Positions 39,398 to 52,495 of a stretch of DNA of 64,000 nucleotides are shown here, one piece after another. The position numbers were made by a program, and so were the translations under genes. Positions within the stretch are counted from its first letter, which is position 1, and each line of letters starts with the position of its first letter. This DNA is from Eledone cirrhosa (taxonomy: Eukaryota). Under the pieces are notes generated by a model. That model made no database searches and was not told the DNA's origin. It was given only the letters and a program-made list of their open reading frames with translations. The DNA lies in the NCBI GenBank assembly GCA_964016885.1, contig OZ024745.1, positions 118,234,001 through 118,298,000 on the forward strand, read 5' to 3'.

Positions 39398-39877
39398 ACT
39401 ATACAGAGAGATGGAGAGGGCGAGAGAGAGATGGTGGCGATGATGGTGGGAGTTCGGTTCTTCCGTGTTCGGACACATTGCACCTGTCAAGAGTGTATTT
39501 TCATACTTCTGACGAACATTGTGAATTCCTATGACTAGCAGATACCTCACAGAGAAAACTAAACTCATTTCTCTATCTTAAAATGTGTTCAAACTGTCAA
39601 AGTAAGCTAGTAAACACCCACCCAAGACATGAAATAAGTGTTACATCACTTTTTTGTCATCCTCTTCGACACATCTATTGATCTGATTAAAAATAAAGTT
39701 ATTGCTACTAATCAAAACAAAATAAAACTAAGCCTAAAAACGACACACGAAGAAGAAAATGTTAAGAAACGAAGTTTAACTCGAGAATCTACAGAAATGA
39801 AAAAGAAGTTAACGAAAAGGAGATTCCTGGTACATAGTGATGTTTATTTTTAAATATAAGAATCTTATTGCATATCT

Positions 39878-40445
39878 TGGCAGTATCGGTAGAGGGTCGG
39901 ACGCCATGCTTTGACGCATAGAGTTACGGCCCTTGCCATTCTGAGTTCAAATCCCGCCGAGGTTAACTTTGCCTTTCATCCTTGCGGGGTCGATAAAATA
40001 AAGTACCAGTAATACACTGGGTAATTGCTGGCCTTGTGCCAAAAGTAGAAACAATTAAATTAATGGTGGATTGGCAGTATCGGTAGAGGGTCGGACGCCA
40101 TGCTTTGACGCATAGAGTTACGCCCCTTGCCATTCTGAGTTCAAATCCCGCCGAGGTTAACTTTGCCTTTCATCCTTGCGGGGTCGATAAAATAAAGTAC
40201 CAGTAATACATTGGAGTAATTGCTGACCTTGTGCCAAAAGTAGAAACAATTAAATTAATGGTGGATTGGCAGTATCGGTAGAGGGTCGGACGCTATGCTT
40301 TGACGTATAGAGTTACGGCCCTTGCCATTCTGAGTTCAAATCCCGCCGAGGTTAACTTTGCCTTTCATCCTTACGGGGTCGACAAAATAAAGTACCAGTA
40401 ATACATTGGGGTAATTGCTGACCTTGTGCCAAAAGTAGAAACAAT
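39878..40445 (+). mobile_element. Three near-identical tandem SINE units (~190 bp)
   Basis: Direct repeats separated by aattaaattaatgg. Confidence 0.95.
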
Positions 40446-41746
40446 TAAATTATCAATTAAATTAGAATCGACCTACTGGCAATTCTTATAGATGTAAGTT
40501 TTTTTTTAAATTTACTAGCATCTCCACCACTTTTGAAACATTTCTGCTATTTTTTTATGAAATTGACTTAACAACCCTTATTTAACACGATATCACGTGC
40601 CGCTGTTCAATGGAGCAACATCGATGTGCACGTACGGACATGTCCCCTTCTCTTCCCCTCTCGTGCAAAGACATATCATCAGCCAATTTGACGGTGTTAA
40701 TTAATTAGACAGTCCGACATGACTCTCCAGTCCATATTAATTCCGTTTCTAAATTATCTCCAGCGGAATAAACTGCTTCTGTCTATGACCAGAACACATA
40801 ACATAACAGTTTTACACACACACACAAATATTCATTTCTACTATAAGCACAAGGCCAACCATTTTGGAGGAGGGGAAAGTCGATTAAATCGAAGCTAACC
40901 TCGGCGGGATTTGAACTCAGATCATAAAGGGCCGTAACTCTATGCTGCACAGCATGGCGTCCGACGCTCTACCGATACTGCCAATTATTACCGACATTTT
41001 CTGTGTTTTTACTATGGACCATAACCCAGGTTTATTTATTGGGAGATGAGAAATTGTTCGTTGTAACATCCAGGATTTTGACAATTAGTATTATTAGCAG
41101 TATCTGTAGAGCGTAAGATACCATGCTTTGCAGCATAAAGTTATGACCTTTTACGTTATGAGTTAAAATTCTGCCATGGTTAGCTTTGCCTTTCATCCAC
41201 ACCTTAACTCTTAGTTTATTATGCTCTCCAACGTACATAATGAGTTAATCCACTTAGGAAGGGGTGGGGGACTAAAACAACCATTCTCTTTCCTCGGTTG
41301 ATCATCGATGTAAATGTAGATAACAATCTAAGCCAGCAGTAATTTTGCTGAAGGGACAGTGGGTGAGTGACAGCTCATGCCCTGGTGGTCAGCGGGCTGC
41401 TACAAGTGGTCAGAATTATGGTGGCGTCACTAACCAGTGATCAACCCAAGGACGCGCAAAGAGGATGAAGGTGGACGATATAGACCCGTAGGGTCAGAAA
41501 TCCCCCCAAAAAGATATGCTCCGAAATCAATAGACGTGTCCGAGGAACCCGCGAGTCCAGAGTCAGGTAGACCCACACACAGATCGCACCTCGAGCTGTT
41601 CGCCGGGGAAACAATTGTAGCACAATAAATTGAGTTCCGATGCATCACTGATTTTTCGTTTTCCATTCTATCACACTCTTCCCCGTAGGAGCATAGAGTG
41701 CTCAACCGGCATACCGCCTATGGAAGCATCTTAGCTACCATTAGAC

Positions 41747-41789
<43 letters not shown>

Positions 41790-41792
<3 letters not shown>

Positions 41793-43060
41793 AGGGTCCA
41801 ATCACCCTAGATCTATAGTTAAGGCCGTAGTTAAGAGTGTCTCTGACAGGATATCTAACTTGTCGGCCAATAAAGAGATCTTCAATAGTAATGCTGATTA
41901 CTATAACTCAGCGCTAGCTAAGGCGTCCCACAGCCATAGGATCAGCAATAACACTAAGGGAGATGATCGAGATGACCCAAGGGTACCCCGGACCAATACC
42001 CTCAGGGGCATGAGTCGCCCATCTAATACCTCGGTGACCTGTAGTAACACTTCCAGACCCCTATCTGTCACCACCCCCGGTAGAAGGTCCCGCATACCCC
42101 ACCGGTCTGATACCTACAACGCTGAAGACCACTGTGCTGCGGAGCATAGGCACTCCTGCACCGGCCCCACCACCCGCCGAACCCTAATTGAGCAGGGGGG
42201 AGGCTGCACCTCGCAGGTTTATAGCCCCACGGTTTATAGCCCCACGGTTTATAGGCCCGCAGGTTTATAGCCTCACTCATGATAGTGACCGCTCTGCACA
42301 CCCGAGTGACACCAACCGAGCTCGACCTGAGCTGTGCACAACCACGCGATGGCCCACGGCGGACACCCAACAACCCCGCAAGAATAGGACCAGGAAGGTC
42401 ACATGGTATAACCCTCCGTACTCGGTGGGTCTACGTACCAGCCTGGCTAGAACATTCTTTAGAGTATTGGATAAAAGTTTCCCTAGGGCCCACAAGTACC
42501 ATAAAATATTCAACAGGCACACGGTGAAACTTTCCTACTCAACCACACGCTCCGTAGCCCAGCACATAGCTGGCATAAATAGGAATAGGCTCACTGCCTC
42601 TAATACCACCGCAAACCCCGGAGCCACCCAACAGAACCAGCACGCGGGACGCAACGGAACCCGGACAGGCCCAACTAGCACACCGGAACCCAACAACCCA
42701 CCCTGTGCTGATTGCGGAGGCTACCCAGCCAACTCCGAGTGATGGTAACCACGCGGTACATGTGGTGGGGCTTAAGAAGTCATGTAATTGCAGAGACCCA
42801 TCACTATGCCCCCTTAGTAATGAATGCATGACGAAAAACGTGGTCTACAGGTGCAAGGTCACAACCCCTAACTCAGAGCACCACTACATAGGATCCACAG
42901 CGACGAGCTTCAAAGATCGGTGGTATAACCATCGCCATTCCTTTAACAGAATAGATAAGAGGAAATGTACGGCCCTTTCTGAATTGATCTGGAAGCTCAA
43001 ACTTGAAAAGCCCCGCACCTAGAAAGGTTCCCCCAGACAGAGGCGGGTCTGGTATTTGCA
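41790..43060 (+). mobile_element. Penelope-like element ORF 3' part (RT thumb, Cys-rich linker, GIY-YIG endonuclease), frameshifted
   Basis: SNHPRSIVKAV...RISNLS; RKVTWYNPPYS...KIFNRHTVKLSYS; CNCRDPSLCPLSNEC..VVYRC...HYIGST...FKDRWYNH. The CxC linker is as in Neptune-type PLEs. Confidence 0.9.
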
Positions 43061-43618
43061 ACCTGTCTTAGTGAGACACTCGAGATTCTTCATGGCGGAA
43101 CCAAGCTATTAAACAGAAGGGCAGACACCTAAGGACGGGAACTTTCCTCAAGCTATATGGATAAACCCCGGTTACGGCCTCACACAACGCCCCCCCCCCC
43201 CTCTGTAGGTCCCCTACACCCCGTACCAATGACCAATGGACAACAACAACCACCCATAGTTTGTGGTCCCTATGGTGGATGGTCCACCGGATCCTCTACT
43301 GGTTAGAAGTCATCTAACCCACGTTTTATTGAACCTGATTTTATATATATATGTATATCATGTGTATATATGTATATATTTTATATGTGTATATATGTGT
43401 ATTTTATATATATGTATGTATATATTTTATATATATATGTATATGTATGTGTATTTTATATATATATATGTATGTATGTTTTATGTGTGAATATATTTTA
43501 TGTATGTGTGTATTTTATGTATATATATATATTTTTAATATTTTTATATGTATATATTTTATATATATGTATGTTCTGTGTATATATATATATATATACT
43601 TGTGCGTACATACATCCA

Positions 43619-43677
<59 letters not shown>

Positions 43678-44257
43678 CTGTATGGATTTGTGTGTGTAGA
43701 TGTGTGAGTGTCTGAGGGGGTAGGTGTGAGTGTATGTACAAGTCAACCAGCATAAACCTTTTATTTCTAAATTTTCTAAACTATCTAAGTATTGGATTCT
43801 AACCATTATTTTAAGTATTACCACCCCACACTTTGTATGTGTGGGTGTGTGTGTGTGTCTGTGGAGGTGGGTGTGAGTGTAGAGCAAGCCAACCTACATA
43901 AGTCTTTTCATTTGTAAATGTTCTACTCCAACCATAAATTTCAGTAGCAACACTCCACATAAATTCCCCAATTTAAGAATGACCTGCAGTATCTATTTCA
44001 TACCATTAACCTTAATTGAATATATATCTGACCAGGAATGCTTTTTGTGAAAATCAGTCATATGGAACTATTGTCATCTTGCCTGACGGTTTGAACTTTA
44101 CAACACCACCTGCCTTTTTGAGGTCAAATACCAACCCTACTACCATCTACAAACTGAACAATGAGAATCAAGACTATTCCTGCTGACAACATTAAATTAT
44201 TCCTAACAAGCTCATATGTCCCAACGCTCTGATACCATCAACACTAAGAATTGACTA

Positions 44258-44319
44258 ACTGCCTGATGAGGTCATAGCCATTCAATGGCTATCATCGAAA
44301 TATATATATATATAGCAGT
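44258..44319 (+). ncRNA. Type I hammerhead in the probable Penelope pseudo-LTR
   Basis: actgc-CTGATGA-ggtcatagccat tca atggctatcatc-GAAA-(TA)6-TA-gcagt, followed by aataaa. Confidence 0.85.
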
Positions 44320-45767
44320 AAATAAAGGATTATGAGTTCATGCAATTGACTTATGTTTCGTCAATATCTATCTATATCTATCTATCTATCTATCTTTCTC
44401 TCTATATATATATATACACACACACACACGCCTGTTAGGACGTAAGCATAGTTGCATGGTTACGAAATTCACTTAGTAATCGTGAAGTCCAGCGCTCGAT
44501 TCCACTGCGTAACATTTTAGGTGTCTGCTATTATAACTTTTGGATGGTGGACATGGGTGAGATTTGAACTCAGAATATAACGAGTTGTAGCTAAATACTG
44601 CAAAGTATTTTGTCCAATGCTCTAACAACTATACCAGTCCAATGAATGACATGTGATAGACGGAAGTCTATCTACTGTGTTGGATGCACCTGAGTCAATG
44701 GGCCTCTTTTGCCACACATTTATGCTGATTCTGCAAGTATGTGTAATGTGATATACATTACGTTCTTGTTTTATCTAGAGATGATTAATCAACGAGCGTC
44801 CTCTGAAGATAAACTCTGCTTCCATCTGAGATTTGTTGCCGATGGCAATATCTTCCTAATATTTTATTTATTCAATTGTATACAATGAAGTTTGTTAATT
44901 TAATCCACAGAAACTTCCAAATGCTTCGTTGTCATGCCACCTTGATCGAGCAGGCCTGTGACCGAAGGAACCTTCTCGTTATCATGCTATTTTCAGACAG
45001 AGTGTATATCAGATTACATTATCCAATATGCAATTGCTATTTTTAAGAGAGTAGATGGAGACATTTAACAAATATTTCTACCAGGTTGCGGGAGATTTGG
45101 CCTCTATTTCTAGGAGGTCGAGTGACAAAATAGAAGTTCCTTCTAAATTTAAGGAAATAATGTATGCATGGAGGAGCAGAGCTTCAAAGTTGAAAGCTGT
45201 CTCCACAAACTCCAATGATTAACTGGCGTTATTTTGTTTATCTGAAGGGTTTTCGTAGATTTTTGCGAGGATATTTTGTCCCAACACTCCTGAAGTAGAA
45301 ATAAAACAGGGAAATACATTTTAATCAGGATTATTTTATATCGCAATTAGTGAACAATACGAATAGGCTACGTAGCCAGTAAACCCTAAAGGAACGCAAC
45401 ACGTATCGCTATAGCGTTTCACCAGCCCCTTCTGTTGTTTGTATTTACGTCTAGATGTGTGTAAATGTAACTAGAGCGTAACATACGTTACGAATAGACA
45501 ACTAAATGATTTTAACTTGTTTTTTAACAATTGATGGTGGAAAATATTTCAAATTGTCTTTTGTGAGCGAAACAAGCGGGATAGTAAGAGAGTGGGTAAA
45601 GAGAAACAGTAAGAGAGTGGGTAAAGAGAAAGAGTGATAGGGGAGAAGTGGGAAGTAGTAAATATAGCAGTTTAGTATATTTTTGAAACGTTAGTGTTTT
45701 TCTTAGATTGTATTAGTGTCGATGTCTATGTTATTGAAGACCCACTTCATCAGTGAGTCGTGACTCG

Positions 45768-46030
45768 ATAGGTTTGTGGTCGTGCCCCTAGCAGTGGAGA
45801 CTTCTGGTGTCCTTGGCCCTAGGGCCACCTCCCTACTCACCACCATAGGCGCTGAGCTGGCCAGCCGCAGCTGTGAGCCTCGCGAGTTGGAATGGCTCTT
45901 CCAGCGTATATCCTTTACCATCCTCAGGGGAAACGCCTTCTCCACTCTGTCCACCATACAGAGCGGTGGGAAGGGCGAGAGAGATGGAGGCGATGACAGT
46001 GGTAGTTCGGCTCTTCCACGTTCGGACCAT
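45768..46030 (+). mobile_element. CRE-clade LINE 3' end (restriction-like endonuclease)
   Basis: PLAVETSGVLG...EPRELEWLFQRIS..ILRGNA motif. Confidence 0.8.
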
Positions 46031-46889
46031 ATCCTTGTGGTTGTGTTTATTATCTATATAGGAAATTATTTATTTCCCTTATAAAACACTTGACAAGAGA
46101 AAAGGTGTACATCTCTGCTTAGCTGAGACCCATACTACACAATCTGACATGCCAGTGACAGGCCCAGGTCCTTCGCTAGGATTTGGTGCTCAAGGAGTGG
46201 GAGTCAGACCATGGGGTGAGGGGGCACTGATTCAAGGAACTATTTCTGGAGGGTTTTTATTTTATTTATAAACTCTGTTTTCTAAACTGAGAGAGCATCA
46301 TTGAAAGGTAGGGGAGTAGTGCCATACAGTGCCTCTGGAGATGGGACCAGATGAATCATATGGTATGTAGTGTATCACAGGGGGCAGTGGAAGCATTTCT
46401 GAATTGGAGAGGGGGGGAGGAGGAGCCAAATTTGGTCAATGTAATTATGGTGATTAGTTTAGCTGTTATTATCAAATATCAACCAAGATATTAAAAAAAC
46501 TTCAATATGCGATAAATATAACATGTACATAAATTGTAGCACATATCCAAATAGATGTGGGTTTTGGTAGTTTGGGAGGAAAATATAATTGAGGGGGGGG
46601 GGGCATGGCCTTCCTGCACCTCCTCCTAGTTCCACCGCCCCAGTATCATACTGGGCATATTGTCCTCTCTATTCTGCCCAACCGATTTCTGTACAAAGTA
46701 GTTACTAACGATGATCACAGAAGAGTCGAGAAACGCGGACTCCGTCAGAGTGCGGCGGTGGCTGCTCCCCGGGCCTGTTACCAAGGAGTAGGGGTGACAC
46801 TCCCCTTACTTTTCAATGGTGCATTCTTAGATTAAGAAAATAGAATTGATATAAAACGTCCTGAAATACGTTATTTGAACTGGAGTGCC

Positions 46890-47395
46890 TACCCAGAATA
46901 TTCTGATCTCCACCCACCCTACCCAGAATGTTCTAATCTCTACCTACCCTACACAGAATGTTCTGATCTCTACCTACCCTACCAGAATGTTCTGATCTCC
47001 AGCCACCCTACCCAGAATGTTCTAATCTCTACCTACCTTACACAGAATGTTCTGATCTCCACCCACCCTACCCAGAATGTTCTAATCTCCACCCACCCTA
47101 CCCAGAATGTTCTAATCTCTACCTACCCTACCCAGAATGTTCTAATCTCTACCTACCCTACACAGAATGTTCTGATCTCCACCCACCCTACACAGAATGT
47201 TCTGATCTCCACCCACCCTACCCAGAATGTTCTAATCTCTACCTACCCTACACAGAATGTTCTGATCTCCACCCACCCTACCCAGAATGTTCTAATCTCT
47301 ACCTACCCTACACAGAATGTTCTGATCTCTACCTACCCTACCCAGAATGTTCTAATCTCTACCTACCCTACACAGAATGTTCTAATCTCCACCAC
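46890..47395. repeat. Minisatellite, 30-bp unit (cctacccagaatgttct[a/g]atctc[t/c]acc[t/c]ac)
   Basis: About 17 tandem copies. Confidence 0.95.
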
Positions 47396-47934
47396 TCACC
47401 CCAATCCCGACGACATGTCGGGCTGCTACTCTGGACTTATTATTCGTGGGGCTAATAAAGCTGCGGGGCTAATGAAGCTGCGGGGCTAATGAAGCTGCGG
47501 GGCTAATGAAGCTGCAGCACAGCTTGTGGGGCTAATGATGCCACAGCAATCCCTGTGTGTATGTTACTTGTTTGTCTGAGTTGGTTGTGCGGGATAGTAT
47601 GTTTAGAATGCTGTAGTTATGCTCTGACGTGTCAAATGTTGAGACGTGGTGTCAAACATCTACCGAGGTTTGTGAGTATAGTGTGTACACTTGTTGTTAC
47701 AAAAGTGGAGAACCGTGAAAATCAAAGTTAAAAACATTCTCTACTGATTTATGGAACGAAAACAAAAACAAATATAATATATACAAAGAACGTAAATAGA
47801 ATATTTGAAAGTAGGGAGCGTACATACTGTTATATCGAGTGAATAGAAGTAAACACACAGACACACGAGGTAGGAATACAGAGGAGCCGAACTCACACTC
47901 CATGGTGTTTGAAGCTGTATCGATAATTTAGATA

Positions 47935-48335
47935 ATAATTGTTTCTACTTTAGGCACAAGACCAGCAATTACCCAGTGTATTACTGGTACTTTATTTTAT
48001 CGACCCCGTAAGGATGAAAGGCAAAGTTAACCTCGGCGGGATTTGAACTCAGATCATAAAGGGAGGTAACTCCATGCTTCAAAGCATGGCGCCCGACCCT
48101 CTACCGATACTGCCAATCCACCGCCCTATTATAGTTATTATAAATATAATTGTTTCTACTTTTGGCACAAGGCCAGCAATTACCGAGTACGTTACTGGTA
48201 CTTTATTTTATCGACCCCGTAAGGATGAAAGGCAAAGTTAACCTCGGCGGGATTTGAACTCAGTTCGTAAAGGGACGTAACTGTGCTGCAAAGCATGGCG
48301 TCTGACCCTCTACCGATACTGCCAATCCACCGCCA
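47935..48335 (-). mobile_element. Two tandem SINE copies
   Basis: SINE consensus. atagttat(t)ataaatataat is duplicated around the second copy. Confidence 0.9.
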
Positions 48336-49684
48336 TAGTTATAAATATAATGTTGTTCATAAACACAAAGAAGCAAACACAAACACACACACGCGTACAC
48401 CAGGTCCAAATACAGAAGAGCCGAACTCCCACTGTCAGCCCCTCCATCTCTCACAATTATGAGCAAATGGGGTCCCACGCGCTGGCCGCCCCACGACCCC
48501 GGCGTACATGTCGATTGATCGTTGGTCCTCTGCTTGTGTGAATGATATGATGTGACTGTGATTGATGGTGTCTGTCTGTTTACAGGACTTCATAATCAGG
48601 TGTGCGTGTGCATGTGGCTGCGTGTGTGCATGCGTGTAGGGTGAGGCGCTTGAACCTAATAGAGAAGTAAGCCTTATTGCCTAAATTATCCATTACGTTA
48701 TATAATCCACATAATTATGCATACAAATAAAAACAATTTATATGTAAAGAAAAAGAGACATGAAGACTGAATTACATTTGAAGCGGCACTGGATTATTGA
48801 ACCAAGCCTTTCACTATAACAGCTGGTGATAGTAAGGCTGGTGGTAGTGGGCCTTATCTGGCACCCTAGGCAAGGTTAAATTCTGGAACCTCCCTCCCAG
48901 GAAAATATCAATTTCGAAATTTATAAACAATAATTAAAAAAAAAAGTTTTCAACATTAATTTTTCCCTGCATGAAATAAACCAGGATAAAAAACGACCCT
49001 CAATAAAACTATTTATTTATTCACTTTTCAGAATAGTTGTTGATTTGGAGAAATGCGCCCCCGAGATCAGTGTCCTATGCGGCTGCCTAGTTTGCCTATA
49101 TGGCAGCGCCGGTCCTGGGTGTATAACTACAGCCGTCCGTCACTCACAATACAGTATGACTTGATAGTATGTACCATGCTTTGGCTATGGGATTTAGCTA
49201 TCCATGTAGCTCTGAGCTGATACAGAAAACCCAGTTGACCCTCCATCGGATCTGGCACATGGAAGGAATGGGCAGAGTTTCACCAGCACTGCGCTACTAC
49301 TTTTTTTTTTTCAACGATGAAAGGTAAAGTAGACCTCGATGGGATTTCAATGCAGAGACTTAGAAATTTGGGACTTGACGACTTCTTCCTCACTTTTCGT
49401 TGCTCACCATTTTTGTAGTTTACACTCTTGTCCCCTTTATTTACGTGTCCCAACGACTTTTTTTAGCCGTTGCTCGCACCAACCGGAGGTATATGGTCTT
49501 TAAAGCGATGAAATACCAATGATGGTTGGAAGATCACTGATGAAGGACTAACTTTATTCATATGTAACCCATTAGCAACGCCGCAGCACGTTTATTTTCA
49601 TATATATATTTGTGTATAGTGGTAGCTATGGTAGTACACGAAATAAACTAAGTCCAGATGCATCACTGATTTTTCGTTTTCTTG

Positions 49685-49731
<47 letters not shown>

Positions 49732-51104
49732 AATTCCATAACAATTAACACTATACCCAACTCGTCCTTTGGACTGAATGCTCTACCAACTTTGGATATA
49801 ACCTGATATTTCACTACTATATATATATATATATATATATATTTTAGTACAACATTAACGAAGCTTTAGTTCGCGGCCAAGCTAACGAATGCAAATTCGG
49901 TCTGTAGCTTTATCACTCGGATATATATATATATATTATGTGTGTCATAAACTATAATATACATACTAACAAAGAAATCCTATATTCAATATGTAGATTT
50001 AAATGTGCAAATGAGTGATCACATCTATTCTTATTAGTTCATACATATGATACATTGAACTCATCTGTTCAGAATAAAACACACACCCAGTCATTCAACC
50101 GTACATTATTCTCATAAAATTTCTTTTCATATGGATGAATATAAATACTTGTTAATCTCCACACAACTCTCCTCTGCCTGTGAATATACACATACACCTC
50201 TATATATTGTTTGTATACAACACCCGAATATGTCCAACCCATCCTTTTAAAAATGTGTGAACGCTAATGTTTCATGTAAAGAGTATTTTAGATTCAGAGA
50301 TAAAATGTTCGTGCAATTCAGTCGTCATTTCTTCAAAATCCATTACTAATTACAGTCAGCCATAAAGTCGATTAAGTCCGATTTGGTAACACTATTTACC
50401 TTCTTCCCATTAACCAGCCAGCCAACCACATACACACACAAAAATACATAAAGAAATGTATGTATTTATGTCAGGCCGTTTAACAAGTGCTGTAGTTAGC
50501 ATGTAAATCAGCTCAGCCTATTTTGCAATGAGAATGTGGTGACACAGATCCAACGTGTGCGAATGTGTGTGTGCAAGCCTACATCTGGGTGGCCTTTGCC
50601 AGATCTAGTTCCTTCACAAAACGGGGTCAACTGTGAACCTTTGTTGCTCCAAAGGTGCCTGGGGCGATTCTTTTCATGTAGAGGGCGTTTGGCTGCTCCA
50701 GCGCACCAGCCTCACCATCACCCGAGGTAACACTGCGAGTGTGCTGGCTTGTCTCAAAAATTATTAGAGAGGTTTTCCAGTGCTCCTCGCGATATTATCT
50801 TTTGCTCTGTTAGCGATTCGTTTGTCCACCTCTTTCACCTGCCTTTTGTTGTGTGTAGTCCTAGATGTGTGTATTACCAGCTTGTGTGTTGTATGTAGTC
50901 CTAGATGTATGTATTACCTGCTTGAGTGTTGTATGTGGTCCTAGCTTTCTGAATGGTTCGCCTAAGTCTCCTAAGTGAAATCTTTCTGATTTTTTTGCTC
51001 CAACTTTTCGTCGTAATTTATCTTTCTATCATTTTTACGATCAAGGAAAACAACGTGTACGAATTCTGAAGAAACAAATCAAAACAACCTGAGTTGTTTT
51101 TTAG

Positions 51105-52495
51105 CCATAAATTCCTTGGCAGTCCCAGTTGTCACTTATAGCTTTGGTGTGTTGAACTGGAATATGAGTGAAATCAAAAGAATCGACACCAAAGTCCGTA
51201 AGCTACTGACCTGTAATAGGATGCACCACCCAAAAGCAGATGTGGATCGTCTTTACCTTCCTAGAACTCAAGGAGGCCGTGGCCTGATCCAATTTGAACT
51301 TGCTTACAAGACCACCATCATTGGACTGGCCAAATACCTTGAAACAACTAACGACTGTATGCTGAAACTTGTTGAAAAGCATGAGAGAAGCAAGAAGTTT
51401 CATTCTATCTCGAAGGAGAGCCAAAAATATGTTACTGATCTCATGCTTGACATCCAGGCTGGACAGACTAAAGAAACTGTTGCAACTGATGCTGCTAGGC
51501 ACATAAAAGCACAGGCAAAGGCAAAAGGGCAAGGGCAATTAGCATCAAATTGGGAGCAGAAACCTCTGCATGGCAAATATGTGGCCCTTAGCAAACAAGC
51601 TGATGTTGACTAAAAGCACACCCATCAGTGGCTACGTAGTTCAGGGCTAAAGGCGGAGAGTGAAGGCTTCATCTTAGCTGCCCAAGATCAAAGCTTATTG
51701 ACTGGTAATTACCAGGCCAATGTGATGAGAAACGGAATAAACCCAAAGTGCCAATTCTGCAATGCTGAGGTTGAAACAGTGGATCACTTAGTCTCTGGAT
51801 GTAAAGTTTTAGCACCAGTATAATACAAATATAGACATGACAGAGTTGGCCAATATCTACACTGGGTAATATGTCGGCATCACAAAATCAAAGCTGAAGA
51901 CAAGTGGTACAATCATCACCCTGAGGCTGTAACTGAAGGAGAAAAAGTAACAATCTCTGGGACTTTCCTTTCCATACTGAAAGGACCATAAAAGCAAATA
52001 GACCTGACATCATTGTAAAAGATCAACATAACAAGGTCTGTTTATTGATAGATATGAGCATCCCATGTGATCACAATATCGCGGCAAAAGAATTTGATAA
52101 GCTACGAAAATATAAAGATCTGCTTATTGAAATTGAGAAAATGTGGCACCTCAAGGCCGTTACAATACCAGTGATTGTGGGAGGACTGGGAATGATCAAG
52201 AAAGGAACAGAACAATATTTGCGAATGATTTCTGGTTTACCCTCTCTGCACGAGGTGCAAAAAATTGTTTTGACTGGTACTGCACATGTATTGAGAAGAG
52301 CACTACCTCTATAAGATTGATATCCCTCCTTGTATTTACATATGCATATATGTATATATGTATACTGTTTTTTTAAAAATTATAATCAATGTGCTGTATT
52401 AACTGGCACACTGTGAATTTATTTGCCCTAGGTGTCAGGAAGACACTCGGCATATATCTCAGAAACAATAATGAAAGAAAATGATAATGATAATG
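51105..52495 (+). mobile_element. R4/Dong-clade LINE 3' part
   Basis: AVPVVTYSFG..., RLYLPR..GGRGL, KPLHGKY, AAQDQ, C..C..ETVDHLVSGC, RHD, RPDIIV, IDMSIP...K..KY. Contains stops and a frameshift. Tail runs into (aat)/(gaa)n. Confidence 0.9.

Noticed and set aside
39500-39535. CTGACGA-acattgt-GAAT motif
   Set aside because: GAAT replaces GAAA and there is no stem III.
39878-39960. tRNA gene
   Set aside because: The A/B-box-like motifs belong to the SINE head and there is no complete cloverleaf.
49505-49670. Hammerhead at CTGATGA 49537
   Set aside because: No correctly placed GAAA plus UH in the type I or type II arrangement.
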